Made by a program: the position numbers and the translations under genes. From positions 1 through 64,000 of the forward strand of contig JBEIJY010000010.1 of the NCBI GenBank assembly GCA_040380025.1: a stretch of DNA of 64,000 bases. Reading direction: 5' to 3'. The notes below the pieces were generated by a model, which did no database searches, was not told the origin of the DNA, and saw only the letters and a list, made by a program, of their open reading frames with translations. The stretch comes from Bdellovibrionales bacterium. GTDB lineage: Bacteria; Bdellovibrionota; UBA1018; CAIMNF01. Shown here in pieces: positions 62,247 to 64,000 of the stretch (positions are counted from its first letter, which is position 1; each line of letters starts with the position of its first letter).

Positions 62247-64000
62247 TCACCAGCCGGAGTAGCGGTAAAGAAAGGACCGTGACCCTGAGTCCTGGCTGAC
62301 AAAAAACAAGAAATCTCCAAGACCGAGAAAGTTCGAGCCCTCGTCATCGCCGTAGGGGTCCAGGTCGGCAAGCTGGCTCACGGTGGTTCCGTCATACCGG
62401 TAGATTTTGCGTCGAATTCCGTTGCTCGCCGTGAAGTACAGTTTGGTGCCGACTGCGCTCAGGCCATGCGGGTTGTCGGTTCCCCCCGGGTTCATATTCG
62501 AGATCGGGACGACCAAGGTGCCGTCAAAGCGGTAGATTTTTTGGTTGGATCCGTTGCTTGCGACAAAATATAAATTCCCGCCTAGCACCGTTAGATTCGA
62601 CGCAAAATCACTCCCGCCCGGATTCGTATTCGAAATTGGGGTGACAGCGGTTCCGTCGTACCGATACACTTTGCTTCCGGTTCCCGGATCGGCCACAAAG
62701 TAAAGATTGCTTCCTTGCACGGCAAGAGATCCCGCACTGTCACTGCCCCCAGGATTTACGTTCGAAATCTGCGAGATGGATGTTCCATCGTAGCGATACA
62801 CTTTCGTGAAACCCGAGTTATCGGTTGCAGTAAAAAACAAATTGCTTCCTTGTGCCGCCAGATCTTCAGGGATATCACTCCCCGCCGGGTTCACATTCGA
62901 GATCTGCGAGATGCTGGTTCCATCATACCGGTACACTTTTGCGCCCGATCCCGCATCTGCCGAGAAATACAAATCCGTGCCCACGAAGGTCAAGCCCGTG
63001 GGATCATCGCTTCCGCCCGGGTTCAAATTCGAAATTCGCGCGCTCGAGGTTCCATCGTAGCGGTACACTTTTGCGCCTGTTCCCGGATCCCCCCGAAAAT
63101 ACAAGTCTGATCCGGATGCCGTCAGAAATGCAGTTTCGTCGCTTCCGCTCGGATTCAAATCCGTGATTTGTTCGACCTCATTTCCGTCGAACGAATAAAT
63201 TTTGTATTTGTTCCGCGAGTCGCGGGCCGCGACAAAGTACAAAGCGTCTCCAAGGACCGCAAGATTCGAGGGGGCGTCACTGAGTCCCGAAAAAGAGCTC
63301 GAAAGGCGGCTCACGCTTGTCCCGTCGTACCGATACAGGCCGAATCCGTTGCCATCATTCGCACTGAAGTACAGATCCGAACCAATCGCAGTGAGGCGTC
63401 CGGCCGAGTCATTACCCCCCGGGTTCACGTTCGAGACCTGGGTGACCAACCCGCCGCTGTAGCGATACACCTTGGTTCCCGCGCCGGCATTGGCAGTGAA
63501 GTACAAATCCGCTCCGGCACCGGCAAGGTTTGCCGGAGAATCGTTCCCGCCCGGATTCACGTTCGAGATTTGGCTCACGGATGTGCCGTCATAGCGATAG
63601 ACCTTCGTGAAACCGGATGCGCCGATTGCCGAAAAATACAGATTCCCCGCAGAGACAGTAAGGTAACCGGGACCGTCGGTCCCTCCCGGGTTCACATTCG
63701 AGATCTGGCTTACGGATGTGCCGTCATAGCGATAGACTTTGGTGTTGGACCCGTCACTCGTGGCCGAAAAATAAAGGTTCGTTCCCAAGGCAGTCAGTTG
63801 CAAAGGATCATCACTCCCCGTCGGGTTCACATCGGGTACCTGGCTCACGACCCCGCCGCTTACGCGAAACAGTTCGGTGTTGGTGCCGTTGGATCCCCGA
63901 AAATAAAGATCCGTGCCGACCGGAGTGAGAAAGGTGGGCATGTCCGGCCCCCCCGGATTCACATTTGAAATTTGGGTGACCGAGGTTCCATCGTAGCGGT
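62247..64000 (-). CDS. ELWxxDGT-like repeat (beta-propeller) protein, 5' end outside window
   Basis: About 12 repeats of QISNVNPGGxD..L...G..LYFxA....KVYRYDGT; frame stays open to position 64000. Confidence 0.85.
   Translation of the reverse strand, partial: RYDGTSVTQISNVNPGGPDMPTFLTPVGTDLYFRGSNGTNTELFRVSGGVVSQVPDVNPTGSDDPLQLTALGTNLYFSATSDGSNTKVYRYDGTSVSQISNVNPGGTDGPGYLTVSAGNLYFSAIGASGFTKVYRYDGTSVSQISNVNPGGNDSPANLAGAGADLYFTANAGAGTKVYRYSGGLVTQVSNVNPGGNDSAGRLTAIGSDLYFSANDGNGFGLYRYDGTSVSRLSSSFSGLSDAPSNLAVLGDALYFVAARDSRNKYKIYSFDGNEVEQITDLNPSGSDETAFLTASGSDLYFRGDPGTGAKVYRYDGTSSARISNLNPGGSDDPTGLTFVGTDLYFSADAGSGAKVYRYDGTSISQISNVNPAGSDIPEDLAAQGSNLFFTATDNSGFTKVYRYDGTSISQISNVNPGGSDSAGSLAVQGSNLYFVADPGTGSKVYRYDGTAVTPISNTNPGGSDFASNLTVLGGNLYFVASNGSNQKIYRFDGTLVVPISNMNPGGTDNPHGLSAVGTKLYFTASNGIRRKIYRYDGTTVSQLADLDPYGDDEGSNFLGLGDFLFFVSQDSGSRSFLYRYSGW

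Noticed and set aside
62247..64000. DNA repeats as CRISPR or mobile-element ends
   Set aside because: They are in-frame coding repeats of a propeller protein.

Overview
GC-rich (~60%, estimated by eye) bacterial chromosome segment, most likely a predatory Bdellovibrionota/Oligoflexia-type deltaproteobacterial lineage (inferred from gene content, not proven). It is mostly housekeeping: a split, convergent dcw cluster (mraY-murD-ftsW-murG-murC vs rsmH-ftsL-ftsI-murE), amn-mreB-rlmE-DEAD helicase, hutUI, recA, uvrD/pcrA, gatCAB-asmA-ppx, zapA-fau-ymdB, an RsuA/RluB-family pseudouridine synthase and a gamma-glutamylation operon with an ethanolamine permease. Accessory highlights: (1) a translationally coupled four-gene cassette (67-aa peptide, GRDP/DUF1399-like + acyl-CoA-dehydrogenase fusion, orphan family-5 solute-binding protein, hybrid histidine kinase) behind a Fur-boxed TonB receptor, resembling an undescribed modified-peptide signalling system; (2) a two-gene operon of signal-peptide-bearing enzymes, one resembling phage T5 A1 (host-DNA degradation) and one HAD-like; (3) a -10 box 6-10 nt before the start codon of many operon-first genes, suggesting widespread leaderless translation; (4) 22-bp-period operator-like repeats before a DUF4143 ATPase. 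No rRNA, tRNA, CRISPR array or transposase was recognised.
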